Part shown: in pieces, positions 1 through 11,000 of the stretch
Layout: every line of letters starts with the position of its first letter
Position numbering within the stretch: position 1 is the first letter of the stretch
Virus record (IMG/VR): IMGVR_UViG_3300021425_000006
Strand: one strand, 5' to 3'
DNA from: a virus
DNA: 64,000 nucleotides
Made by a program: the position numbers and the translations under genes
Notes under the pieces: generated by a model
The model's database searches: none
The model's input: only the letters and a program-made list of their open reading frames with translations
Told to the model about the DNA's origin: nothing

Positions 1-3000
1 CATGTAGGACAAGAATATAGAAATGCTTGGCTACCGAGTACAGAATACAGAATTAATGATATTGTAAAATATGGCGGCTCGTTATTTAAATGTATAGAAT
101 CTCATACATCAAATGTTAGCGAATTAGAAGATGACAAGTTTACAATATTTGCATTTGGTACACAATTTGACGGAGAGTGGAATAGTACCACCCAGTATAA
201 TATTGGTGATGTAGTAAGATACGGCGGAACATCATACTATGCAATTACAAATAACATTGAATCAGATCCGTCAAGAATTGTAAGAGGAATTTCTTCAGGA
301 GAAGATAGTACTAATGACTGGTTGATATTATCTAAAGGATATCAATTTGTAGGCGAGTGGAGTTTATCAAAAGAATTTAAAACTGGAGATATTACACAAC
401 GTGGCGGTAATGTATACGTTGCTCTAAGAGATGTTAATATTAACGACGGAGACGAAAGTTCGTTAACTTACTTAGATACAGAAGTTTGGGAAAAAATTAT
501 TCCAGGTAAAGTCTTCAAAGCACCTTGGGGAACCGGAAATTATTATTCAGTTGGTGACATAGTTTATCATTTAGGTACAGCATATGTTTGTAACTATGAG
601 CATACATCAGATGGAGAGAATTATCCAGGAGACAACGGAAACATATATGCATACTGGGACATTTTAATCCAAGCAGGTGACGAAGGTGGATTACACGACA
701 AAGGTGACTTGCTTACATTTGGATTATCACGAACAGGAGCAGGTGACGGAAGTACACTTGGAGATACTCGTGTGCAAATTGGCGAAAAAGAGAATGTTTT
801 GTCAATTACAGAAGAACAAGAAATATTTTGGAGAACTTTTACTGCTGACTCAGATGTAATTTATGTTGCTCCATATGGTATTAATGATTCATTTCCAGGA
901 AGAGGTCGAAGTGCAGAATTACCATTTAGAACAGTTAGATATGCTTGTGAATTTATTGAAGATAATTTTCCTCCAATGGCACCAACTAAAGTTTCTGTTG
1001 CAACAGGAAACTATGATGAAATAGGACCAATTATTGTGCCTGCTGGTTGTGTAGTTATGGGTGATGAATTAAGATCAACAACTATTACAGCAACACCAGC
1101 AATTCCAGAATATGCATACGATGCAGCTACTGATACGGGTGACTATGTACACGTTAAAGAATACATTACACATATTTCATCATTTATATTTGATTTAATA
1201 GCTAACAATCCAGTTAGTAATACAGCAGGCAACACTGTAACACCAATAAGAAATATTGATCCATCTAATCTTGAAGCTTCGAATAGGATAATTGCATTAC
1301 TAGATGACTTTAAAGATTATGTAGAATTTTACATTGCGTCTGAAGATAATAATCCAACACTTTCAGGATCAAATACATTATCAGTAGTAGACGGAATGGT
1401 CGAAGGAGCAAATCAGTTAAGAGTAAACTTAGAATGGATACAGGCAGAAATTTATGCTTACTTAAATCTTTCATATGACAATCTTGATAAAGTAAGATTA
1501 TACGATGATATTAATTCTTTAATTAGAGGCGTAGCAAGAGATCTTCAGTTTTCAGGAAACTACGGAACTTTACAAGCAGCTAGAAGATATGCAAATGCTG
1601 TTAATGGTTCGTTTTTAGATGACTTATTTCTCCTTAGAGATACAACAGGTCTTAGAAACTTAACAACTAAAGGACTTACTGGAACACTAAATCCTCCGGG
1701 CGTATTTGACTTGTATCAACGTCCAACAGGTGGTGCATGTACAAGTTTAGATCCAGGTTGGGGTCCAGCAGACGAACGTACATGGATTATGCAAAGATCA
1801 CCTTACATACAGGGTGTAACTAATATTGGCGGAGCATGTGTTGGTAAAAGAGTTGACGGATCTTATCATAATGGCGGTAATAAGTCAATGGTTAGTAATG
1901 ACTTTACACAAGTACTAAGTGACGGTATTGGAGCCTGGGTAAGTAACGGCGCAAGGGCTGAGCTTGTATCAGTGTTTACATATTATTGCTCAGTTGGATA
2001 TTTTGCAGAAGATGGCGGAATTATACGTGCAACTAATGGTAATAACTCATACGGAAGTTGGGGAGCGATTGCTGACGGGAATGATCCTGCAGAAACTCCT
2101 GATACATGTTCTGTATGGAACAGAAATAATGAAGCATTAGTAGCGTCAGCATTTATTGGCGGCTCAACTGACGAAGTAAAACTATTTGAATATGCACACT
2201 GTGGTCAACATTATACAAACGCTACAGCAAGTGTTGTAGGTGCAGGTGCAAGCCTTAGCACCCAATACGAAGACTTTAGAGACTTAGCAATAAGCCAAGT
2301 TCGTCTTATTAATACTACTGGATCAGGATCAGAAGGTGGTAGTAACTATTTGGTTAGACAAGGTTTTGCACAAGTAACAGCAGACGCTAGTTCAACAATT
2401 AAAATATCTAACGCAGATCCAACACAATTTTTAAGTGAAATTGCTGGTATGAGAATAGTTATTATTTCTGGCCCAGCAACAGGACAATACGGTTACATTG
2501 ACTCGTATAGTGTTATTTCAAAAGAAATTGGAGTTAAGAGAGAATCAGATGACCAAGATGGATGGGATCATGTTACTCCAGGGACAACATTGGCTACAGC
2601 TTTTGATTCAACAACACAATACAGAATAGAACCTCGAGTTGAAGTAACGTCACCCAGTCTTTCAAGTAACTCATATGATATAGTAAATGCAAGAACATTT
2701 ACAGATGTAGCAGAAGGCGGAACTAGTGTAACATATCAGAATATCACTATTGGGTTAGGTACTGGTGCAGTTGAAGGAATTGATCAAGCAAGTGCTGTAT
2801 ATCGAATATTAAGAACTGGTAAAGTATATACACCAACTTTGATTGACGGAGGCGCAGGATATGCTCCGGGAGATGTAATAACAATCTCAGGAGACCAACT
2901 AGGCGGTACATCACCTGATAATGATCTAATTGTTACAGTGCTAACAGTAACAGATGATAGTACTAACTCAATACTTACAGCATCATTTAGTGGTGTAGGT

Positions 3001-5001
3001 AGAGAACCAAGACTAGTTGCTTGTGCTGATCCTAATTATATAGCATACAGTGATAACGCAGGACAAACTTGGACAGAAACAACACATGACGTTACAGGAG
3101 TAAACTTTCATACTGTAGTTGCAGGAGATAATAAATTTATTGCAGTTGCAGGTCAATCAAATCAATATGTATTTTCATTAACAGGCGAAAGTTGGACAAC
3201 AAGATCATTTCCAGGTGCAAACAATTGGATGCATGCCACATACGGAGGAGGCAAGTTTGTTGTTTGTGCGGCGGCATATGCTAACTTCTTATACAGCGAT
3301 GATGGACTAACATGGACAGAAACTCCACACGGTGGAGCTGTGTCAGCGTTTGCCAAAGTAGCATACGGGCAAGGCAAATTTGTAAGTGTAAGTAACGAAG
3401 ATAGAGCTGTTACAATTTCTTCAGACGGAATAACTTGGAATAGAGTTAATGATAAACTTCCTGCAGAATTTGCAACAGTTAATGCAATAGAATTTTGTGG
3501 ATTTGCTTATGGTGATAACAGATTTGTAGGCATAACTGAAAGTGGAAAAACATGCTTTTCTGTAGACGAAGGTGAGACATGGGTATTAGGTGGCGATGTT
3601 CCACAAAACGGTGGTAGCACATTAGTTTATACAGATTTAAAATACGGTAACGGTGTTTGGATGGCTACTGCAACAGATGGTGTTGGTGGTCCTACAAACT
3701 TAGTTGCTACAACACAAGACGGAATAACTTGGAATCAATATAATTTAGATGCATCACAACCTTGGGGAACATTAGCATATACTAGTAATGGGAATGACCC
3801 AAAATTTGTTTTGTTAGGAAATCAAGCAACAGGTAACGGAACTGTACAAGCAAGAACTGGCGCAAAAGCAATATTAAGAGCAGATGTAAATCAGGGTAAA
3901 ATTACACAGTTTAAAATATGGAATCCGGGAGGCGGATATGCTAGTACTCCAACAGTAACTATTACAGATAATCAGTTTATATCAGAAGCAGAACCTCAAG
4001 TAAGACTTAGTAACGGTGTTCTTGCTCAACCAACATTTAATAATAGGGGAGCGGGTTATAGAACTAACTCAACAGATGTAACAATAACAGGTGACGGTTA
4101 TGCTGATATTATTGAACAAGGAAATAAACTAACACTGGCAGGGGTAGATGTTGTTCCTGGACCAGGAGTACAAATTAGAATAAACGGAATTTTAGACGAA
4201 GCAACTGAAGTACCAGATGATTTAAAACTTTATAACGGTGTTAAGGCAACAGACTTAGGTGATGACGGTTCTGGTAACGGAACACGATTAGTTGAATTCC
4301 AGATAAGTCCTAACTTAGAAAATACTGACAACTTACAACACGGGACAGTAGTAGAATTAAGAAGTAGGTATAGTCAGTGTAGAATTACAGGTCACGACTT
4401 CCTAGACATTGGTACAGGCGGCTTTGCAGATACAAACTATCCAGGATTATACTCAGACGGAAACTACTTTGTAAGTGCTCCTGAAAATGAAGTATATGAA
4501 ACTAATGGAGGTAGAGTATTCTACACAAGTACAGACCAAGATGGTAACTTTAGAACGGGTGAACTATTTGCTGTTAACCAAGCAACTGGTATTGTTACAA
4601 TTAGTGCTCAGTTCTTTGACTTAGATGGACTATCAGAGTTATCACTAGGTGGAGTTAGATTAGGTGGTTCTGGAACAAGTGTTCAAGAATTTAGTACAGA
4701 CCCAACTATGAGTGCAGACTCAAATCAGGTTATTCCAACCCAAAGAGCTATTGCAACATTCTTAGCAGATAGACTATCAGTGGGTGGTGAAGATCTTCAA
4801 ACCAACTTGTTGCAAGCAGGTAATGTGCAACTTGGTGGAGAGGATAATAAGATTGATATGAACAACGATGAAATCTTACAAATTAGACGTCCTGTAGACT
4901 TCTCAGGACTACAAGCCGACGGCATTACACCAGCCGGAATTGGTGGAACAATACTTTCTCAAATGTTGTTAGTAAGGTCAGACAATGATACCGTACAATA
5001 A
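1..5001 (+). CDS. Giant virion/fibre protein, 5'-truncated (CBM5/12-like W..Y..GD.V.YGG..Y.C repeats, beta-helix region, BNR/Asp-box propeller, conserved C-terminus)
   Basis: Frame 1 is open from base 1 (HVGQEYRNAWLPSTEYRINDIVKYGGSLFKC...), so the start lies upstream of the window; Asp-box-like repeats S.DG.TW; paralogous to 5049-13421. Confidence 0.8.
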   Translation, partial: HVGQEYRNAWLPSTEYRINDIVKYGGSLFKCIESHTSNVSELEDDKFTIFAFGTQFDGEWNSTTQYNIGDVVRYGGTSYYAITNNIESDPSRIVRGISSGEDSTNDWLILSKGYQFVGEWSLSKEFKTGDITQRGGNVYVALRDVNINDGDESSLTYLDTEVWEKIIPGKVFKAPWGTGNYYSVGDIVYHLGTAYVCNYEHTSDGENYPGDNGNIYAYWDILIQAGDEGGLHDKGDLLTFGLSRTGAGDGSTLGDTRVQIGEKENVLSITEEQEIFWRTFTADSDVIYVAPYGINDSFPGRGRSAELPFRTVRYACEFIEDNFPPMAPTKVSVATGNYDEIGPIIVPAGCVVMGDELRSTTITATPAIPEYAYDAATDTGDYVHVKEYITHISSFIFDLIANNPVSNTAGNTVTPIRNIDPSNLEASNRIIALLDDFKDYVEFYIASEDNNPTLSGSNTLSVVDGMVEGANQLRVNLEWIQAEIYAYLNLSYDNLDKVRLYDDINSLIRGVARDLQFSGNYGTLQAARRYANAVNGSFLDDLFLLRDTTGLRNLTTKGLTGTLNPPGVFDLYQRPTGGACTSLDPGWGPADERTWIMQRSPYIQGVTNIGGACVGKRVDGSYHNGGNKSMVSNDFTQVLSDGIGAWVSNGARAELVSVFTYYCSVGYFAEDGGIIRATNGNNSYGSWGAIADGNDPAETPDTCSVWNRNNEALVASAFIGGSTDEVKLFEYAHCGQHYTNATASVVGAGASLSTQYEDFRDLAISQVRLINTTGSGSEGGSNYLVRQGFAQVTADASSTIKISNADPTQFLSEIAGMRIVIISGPATGQYGYIDSYSVISKEIGVKRESDDQDGWDHVTPGTTLATAFDSTTQYRIEPRVEVTSPSLSSNSYDIVNARTFTDVAEGGTSVTYQNITIGLGTGAVEGIDQASAVYRILRTGKVYTPTLIDGGAGYAPGDVITISGDQLGGTSPDNDLIVTVLTVTDDSTNSILTASFSGVGREPRLVACADPNYIAYSDNAGQTWTETTHDVTGVNFHTVVAGDNKFIAVAGQSNQYVFSLTGESWTTRSFPGANNWMHATYGGGKFVVCAAAYANFLYSDDGLTWTETPHGGAVSAFAKVAYGQGKFVSVSNEDRAVTISSDGITWNRVNDKLPAEFATVNAIEFCGFAYGDNRFVGITESGKTCFSVDEGETWVLGGDVPQNGGSTLVYTDLKYGNGVWMATATDGVGGPTNLVATTQDGITWNQYNLDASQPWGTLAYTSNGNDPKFVLLGNQATGNGTVQARTGAKAILRADVNQGKITQFKIWNPGGGYASTPTVTITDNQFISEAEPQVRLSNGVLAQPTFNNRGAGYRTNSTDVTITGDGYADIIEQGNKLTLAGVDVVPGPGVQIRINGILDEATEVPDDLKLYNGVKATDLGDDGSGNGTRLVEFQISPNLENTDNLQHGTVVELRSRYSQCRITGHDFLDIGTGGFADTNYPGLYSDGNYFVSAPENEVYETNGGRVFYTSTDQDGNFRTGELFAVNQATGIVTISAQFFDLDGLSELSLGGVRLGGSGTSVQEFSTDPTMSADSNQVIPTQRAIATFLADRLSVGGEDLQTNLLQAGNVQLGGEDNKIDMNNDEILQIRRPVDFSGLQADGITPAGIGGTILSQMLLVRSDNDTVQ

Positions 5002-5019
5002 CCAGGAAAATTATTTAAT

Positions 5020-5029
5020 GATAAATACA
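5020..5029 (+). promoter_or_regulatory. T4-type late promoter (GATAAATA)
   Basis: TAAATA core upstream of GGAG SD and ATG 5049; same motif recurs before most structural genes. Confidence 0.6.
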
Positions 5030-5048
5030 CTATACGGAGTAAAAACAA

Positions 5049-8000
5049 ATGGCAGAATTTAAACTAGGTAGAATTAGATTTGTTTGGAAAAACAACTGGA
5101 CTACCGGAACAACATACTATAAAGATGACGTTATTGCGTTTGGCGGTAAGGTTTATATTTGTGTAGAAGGTCACAGCAGTGCTGCAGACTTTTTTACAGA
5201 TCTAAATATAGTTCCAAGTAAATGGAACTTAGTAAGTGATGGTCAATCATGGTTAGGTGAATGGGCACACAGTACGTCATATGTAAATAACAATATTGTA
5301 AAATATGGATCGAAGTTATATATCTGCCAAACTAATCATACTTCGACTACAATATCTGGAACAGTAACAAGAGCTGTAACGGTTGCTGTAAATACACAAT
5401 CTCCAGGTAACAATGTTTTTGTATTAGACGGAACACAGTATCCTAGTATACAATTCCAACACGGCAAAACATACGAATTTACACAAGATGATGCATCTAA
5501 TGTAACGCACCCGTTTTTGTTTAGTACAACAAAGAACGGAACACACGGCGCTGGAACAGAATATACAACTGGCGTAAAATATTATATTGACGGTGCAGAA
5601 GTAGATGACTCAGCTGCATACATAGCTGCATTTGACACTGCAACAAATAGAAAGATAACAATAGAGCCAACAGCTTCTACTCCAGAAACACTTTACTACT
5701 ATTGCTATAACCATTCTAATATGTCAATTGATTCAGAAATTGATATTATAAATTATGGCATCGAAGCAGACTTAGGTAACTGGCAAACATTTGCAGAAGG
5801 CTTAGACTGGAAAGGCGACTGGACTGCAGGGTATCAATATAGAAACAACGATTTTGTAAAATATGGTGGAGCATCATACGTATGTAAAACTCCGCATACA
5901 TCACAAGCATCTGGACTAGAAACTGATCAAGCAAATTGGGAACTTTTAAATAAAGGTTTTGATTATAGATCAGAATGGGTTGCAAGTAAAAAATATCTAG
6001 AAAACGATGTTGTACGTTATGGTGCAGGTCTTTGGATATCAATTGCTAACCACACTAGTAGCTCGGCATTTGCTACAGATTCTGCAAACTGGGAAAAGTT
6101 TGTTGAAGGATTTCAATATGAAGCTGAATGGACATGGGAAGGAAGTTACCAAACTGGTGACGTAGTACGTTATGGCGGTAATCAATATATTGCTAAACAA
6201 GATAACACTGATAAGATTCCACCATTAGAACCAACTAACTGGGATCTATTTTCTGAAGGCTTTAAATTTATTGGCGACTGGGGAGCAGATAGTTCACAGT
6301 ACGAACATAAAGTAGGTGATGTAGTTAGACTAGGCGGATTTACATATCGCTGTATTTTAGATCATCAAAATCAACAACCACCAAATGCATTGTATTGGGA
6401 GAGACTAAACTCAGGCTTTGAGTGGAGAGGTGAATGGATTGATGAACAAGAATACTTCGAAGGTGACGTAGTACGTTATGGCGATAGTTCATATGTTTGT
6501 ATACTTGGACACATATCAGAAGGTGATGACTACTCATCTGATCAAGTAGGCGCACAAGGTTCTCGCCCAGATTTAGCAGATAGTGGACAATATTGGTCAG
6601 CACTTGCAATTGGTACAGAACAGTCAGTATTAACAACTACAGGTGACTTAGTTTATTATAGCGGATCAGCACCAACAAGACTGCCAATTGGTAAAGATGG
6701 ACAAGTTTTACAAGTTAATGCAGACGCATTACCTGAATGGGCGTTTTTAGGAGCCTCAGAAGATGTTTACTATGTTGCAGAACATGGTAAAGACGAACCA
6801 GCACCGATTTATGGACAATCAATTGATAGACCATTTAAAACTATTAAGTATGCAGCTCAACAAGTTGAACAAGGTGCAAAGAATCCAGAAGCAGCAAAAC
6901 TACTTGAACTAAACAGAAGATTTATTCAAAGAGAAATTGTTGAGTGGACCGATTATCAAATTACAAATAATACAGCACCATTTACATCTAGTTTCACATA
7001 CGAGTCTAGTAAGTGTGAAAGAGATATGGGGCTTATTGTTGATGCTATTATTCATGATATTAAACATGGCGGTAATGTTCGTTCAAGAGAAGCGGCATTA
7101 TCTTATGTAAATGAAACAGCAGGATCACCTTACTTAACACAAAAAGCAGAAACTGTTGCTAGTATTAATTATGGATTAACAGTAATTAACAATGTTCTTG
7201 CACAAACAGATCCTAGTGTTAATTACCAAACAACAAACGGTGATAACTCAACAGCAGTTGTATCACAGTACAAAGATGAACTATTAGGCGCAGAGCCAGT
7301 TAATGCTGATATTGCTGCAAACGTAAAAATTATTACTGATGCAATTACAGCAGGCGTTGATACTAATATTCCTGCAAGAGTTATAAACAATACATTAATT
7401 AAAGTTTCTACAGGAAGATATATTGAAGTTTTACCAATAATTGTTCCAGCAGAATGTTGTATTATAGGCGACGAACTTAGAGCTGTAACTGTTGAACCAA
7501 GAACAGCAGACAATGCTGTGTTAACACCTAAAGGCGATTTTAAATATACCTTTAAAGGACTTGAAAGAATGGCCGACATTGTTGGTGACATTGTTACAGG
7601 ACAAACAGTTACTCCAACAACAGGTAATACACAATCACAAAACCAAACATGGCCTTATGCCGAAACAACTGTAGTTGGACCAGAGGTAACACGTTTAGCA
7701 AGATCAGTTAATGATAGAATTAACGTAGGATTGGGTGAAAAGAGGAACGGTAACTTACCTACATTCCATACTATGTCAGACACAAGTGCTGGTCGTGCAA
7801 GAGATTTGGTATTAAGAAATAAAGAATTTATACAAGCAGAAACTGTTGCGTATATTGCAGATCAATATCCAAACTTAAATTATAGTAGAACTAAGTGTAA
7901 ACAAGACGTTGGTCTTATACTTGACAGTATTGCATATGATTTAACATATGGCGGTAACTGGATGAGTGAAACTGCAGGACTTGCATATTATAACGGTGCA

Positions 8001-11000
8001 AGTGGTGTACTTCAAATTGATAGTACAGAGAAAGCAGCAACGATTGCAACATATGGCATTATAAAAGCACACTCACAAACAGTTTCAAGAGACCTTGCTG
8101 TTAGTCCAACATATCAATCAACTGTTACACAGGTAAGTGGTATCGGCGGAGATGCAGGAGATGCAACTACAATAGGTAACTTGTTTGACGATATTATTGA
8201 TATTGTTGATAACGGCCCTAGTAATTCAAGTATTACATATCCTGTAGTAACAGGTGCAGCAGCTGGGTTACAGTCAGCGGCAACAACATTAGCAAGTAAG
8301 AAAACTGAAATTGGTGAGCAAACAATTGACTTCATTAATAACAACTTTGGTAGTTTCAAATATAATAGTGCAATTTGCAGACGAGACTTAACAAACATCA
8401 TTACTGATGTAATGTTTGATGCAGCATTAGGAACAAATTACAATGGTGTTTATAACGGTATTGCTTATACTAGACCAATTAATGCATACAATCTAGCAAA
8501 TCAAAGAGTAGAAACTATTGGTGCTATTAGAAAGGCTAGAGATTTAGTATTAGCTATTACTAGTGACGCAACTGCTGAAACTAGAATTCAATCATCAATG
8601 AACGAAATTGTTGATATTATTAATAATAATACAGGTCCAGCTGTTCCAGGAGATGGAATAGCAGACACACTAAGTTTTCCAAGTCCATCAGGTGTTGATC
8701 AAAACAGAGTAGATGCAAAGGATAACTTAGTAGCAAACAGAGAATTTATTAAAGCAGATGTTGTTGCATATGTTAACAACAATACACCACCAGTAGGATA
8801 CGATCAGGCAAAATGTGCTAGAGATGTAGGTTACATAGTTGACGCAATGTGTTATGATGTATTATATGGCGGTACAATGGCTGCAACAAGAATAACAGAA
8901 TCATACTTTGGAATTTTTGGTGCAATTTATCCAGATGGACAAGTAACTGAAACTGTAGCAGCTTATAACCATATGAGTACATTGTTAGGTTTAATTGTAC
9001 AAGAATCAAGTGTTACAGCACAGTCTGGAAATAGTGAAGTTCAAACTACACTAGGTACACCGGCAAGTGCTACAGAAGCTAATTCAATAGCTGCAGGTAT
9101 GACTATTATTACAGATGCACTTACAGCAGGCAATACTGACAGTGTTCCGGCAGTAGTATATCCAGATGTTACTTGGGCGTCAAGTGCTATTCAGTCAGAT
9201 AAAACTGATGTTGACACTGCAAGACCTGCAACTATATTAAGTGTATTACAATTCATTACTGATACATATAATGACTTTAAATATGATCATGCTAAGTGTA
9301 CTAGAGACATTGGCTTAATCATTGATGCAGCAGCATATGATTGGCAATTAGGTACTAACTATGCTAGTTTGATAACAGCATTAAGTTACTTAAGAGCACC
9401 ATCAAGTAAAGTTGTTGGAGATCAAAAGACAGCAACTATTGCTGCAAATGAATTTGCAAAAACACTTGCGGTACAAAATGTAGGTGGCGAAGCAGATGCT
9501 ATAGCAGGAATCAACACAACATGGCAAATAGTTCAAGATACATTATTTGCTGGAGCTGCAGAAGGCGGCATGAAGTCAGTTAATGACCAAGAGGTATTTA
9601 ATGCTATACGTCAATTAGAACTTAATAAAGACTTTATTGCAGACGAAGTTGTTGCTTATGTGAATGATTACTTTAGTGATACTGTTACAGCAACAGCAGT
9701 AGTTGTTGGTGGTTCAGCAGGTGGAACAGATTCTAATAGATTAACAGTTACTTCAACAGCCTGGTTAGACGAAGGTATGGAAGTCAAGTTAACTAATACA
9801 AACAGCATTTTAGAAAACTCTAGTTTGTTCCTTCCTAATACAAAGTACTATGTAAAAGAAATTATTAGCGGAACACAATTTAGTTTATCAAATAGTGTAG
9901 ACGGTACAGAAGTAGCTGTAGATAATCCGTGGAGCGGATCAATTAAAATTGAAAAAGCATATGTTTACAGCGAAGCAATTTGTAAACGTGATGTTAAAGA
10001 ATACGTTAATGCAATGAAATGGGACCTTGAATGGGCTCAGACATGGAAACGTCAATATAAAATTGGTAATACAGAAAACGCATTAACATTCTACAGACCA
10101 GGAATATACAAAACATTACTGGCTGCAAGATATTATGTTAATAGTGTTATTGGCTCACAAGAAGAAGACTTTTACTACTTACGTAATGGCACAGGATTAA
10201 GACTTATGTCTATGAAAGGACTAAAAGGTGACTTAGGTCCTGCAAACGAGTTTGGAACACAACGACCAACAGCAGGTGCTTATGCATCGTTGGATCCGGG
10301 TTGGGGTCCAAACGATCAACGTGTATGGATTACAGCAAGATCACCGTATGTACAAAACTGTACAACATTTGGTTTTGGAGCAACTGGTCAAAAAATTGAC
10401 GGTGCATTACACGCAGGCGGAAATGACTCAATTGTTAGTAACGACTTTACACAGGTTATTAGTGATGGTATTGGAGCATGGATTACAAACAACGGTAGAG
10501 CAGAACTTGTGTCAGTGTTTACATACTACTCACACGTAGGTTATCTTGCAGAGAACGGCGGACGTATACGTGCAACTAACGGTAATAACTCATATGGTAA
10601 ATATGGATCGTCAGCAGAGGGTGTTGACCCAACTGAAGTTCCAGTAACAGCAGTTATTGATAACGCATCACAATATAATGCAACTATTTCAGGTGTTAAT
10701 ACAAATAATAATGAAATACTAAATGTTGAATTTAGTCATGCAGGTAACGATTATACTGAAGCATTGCTTGAGTTCTTTGGTCCAGGTACTAATGAAGAAG
10801 TACTAGCAGACGAATATAGAGACGGAGCAATGTTCCAAACTCGTATTATTGAAACTACACCAGATACAGCAGGCGGTACCGGATATACATCGGTATCAAA
10901 CGTTGCACAGTCCGGTGGAACTACATATGTTGATCTTTCATCAACAGACGGTAATGTAAGTTCAGCGTACATTGGTATGAGAGTTCAAATTATTGGTGGT

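Noticed and set aside
322-324. ORF-track start of the first gene
   Set aside because: Frame is open from base 1 with the same repeats; the true start is outside the window
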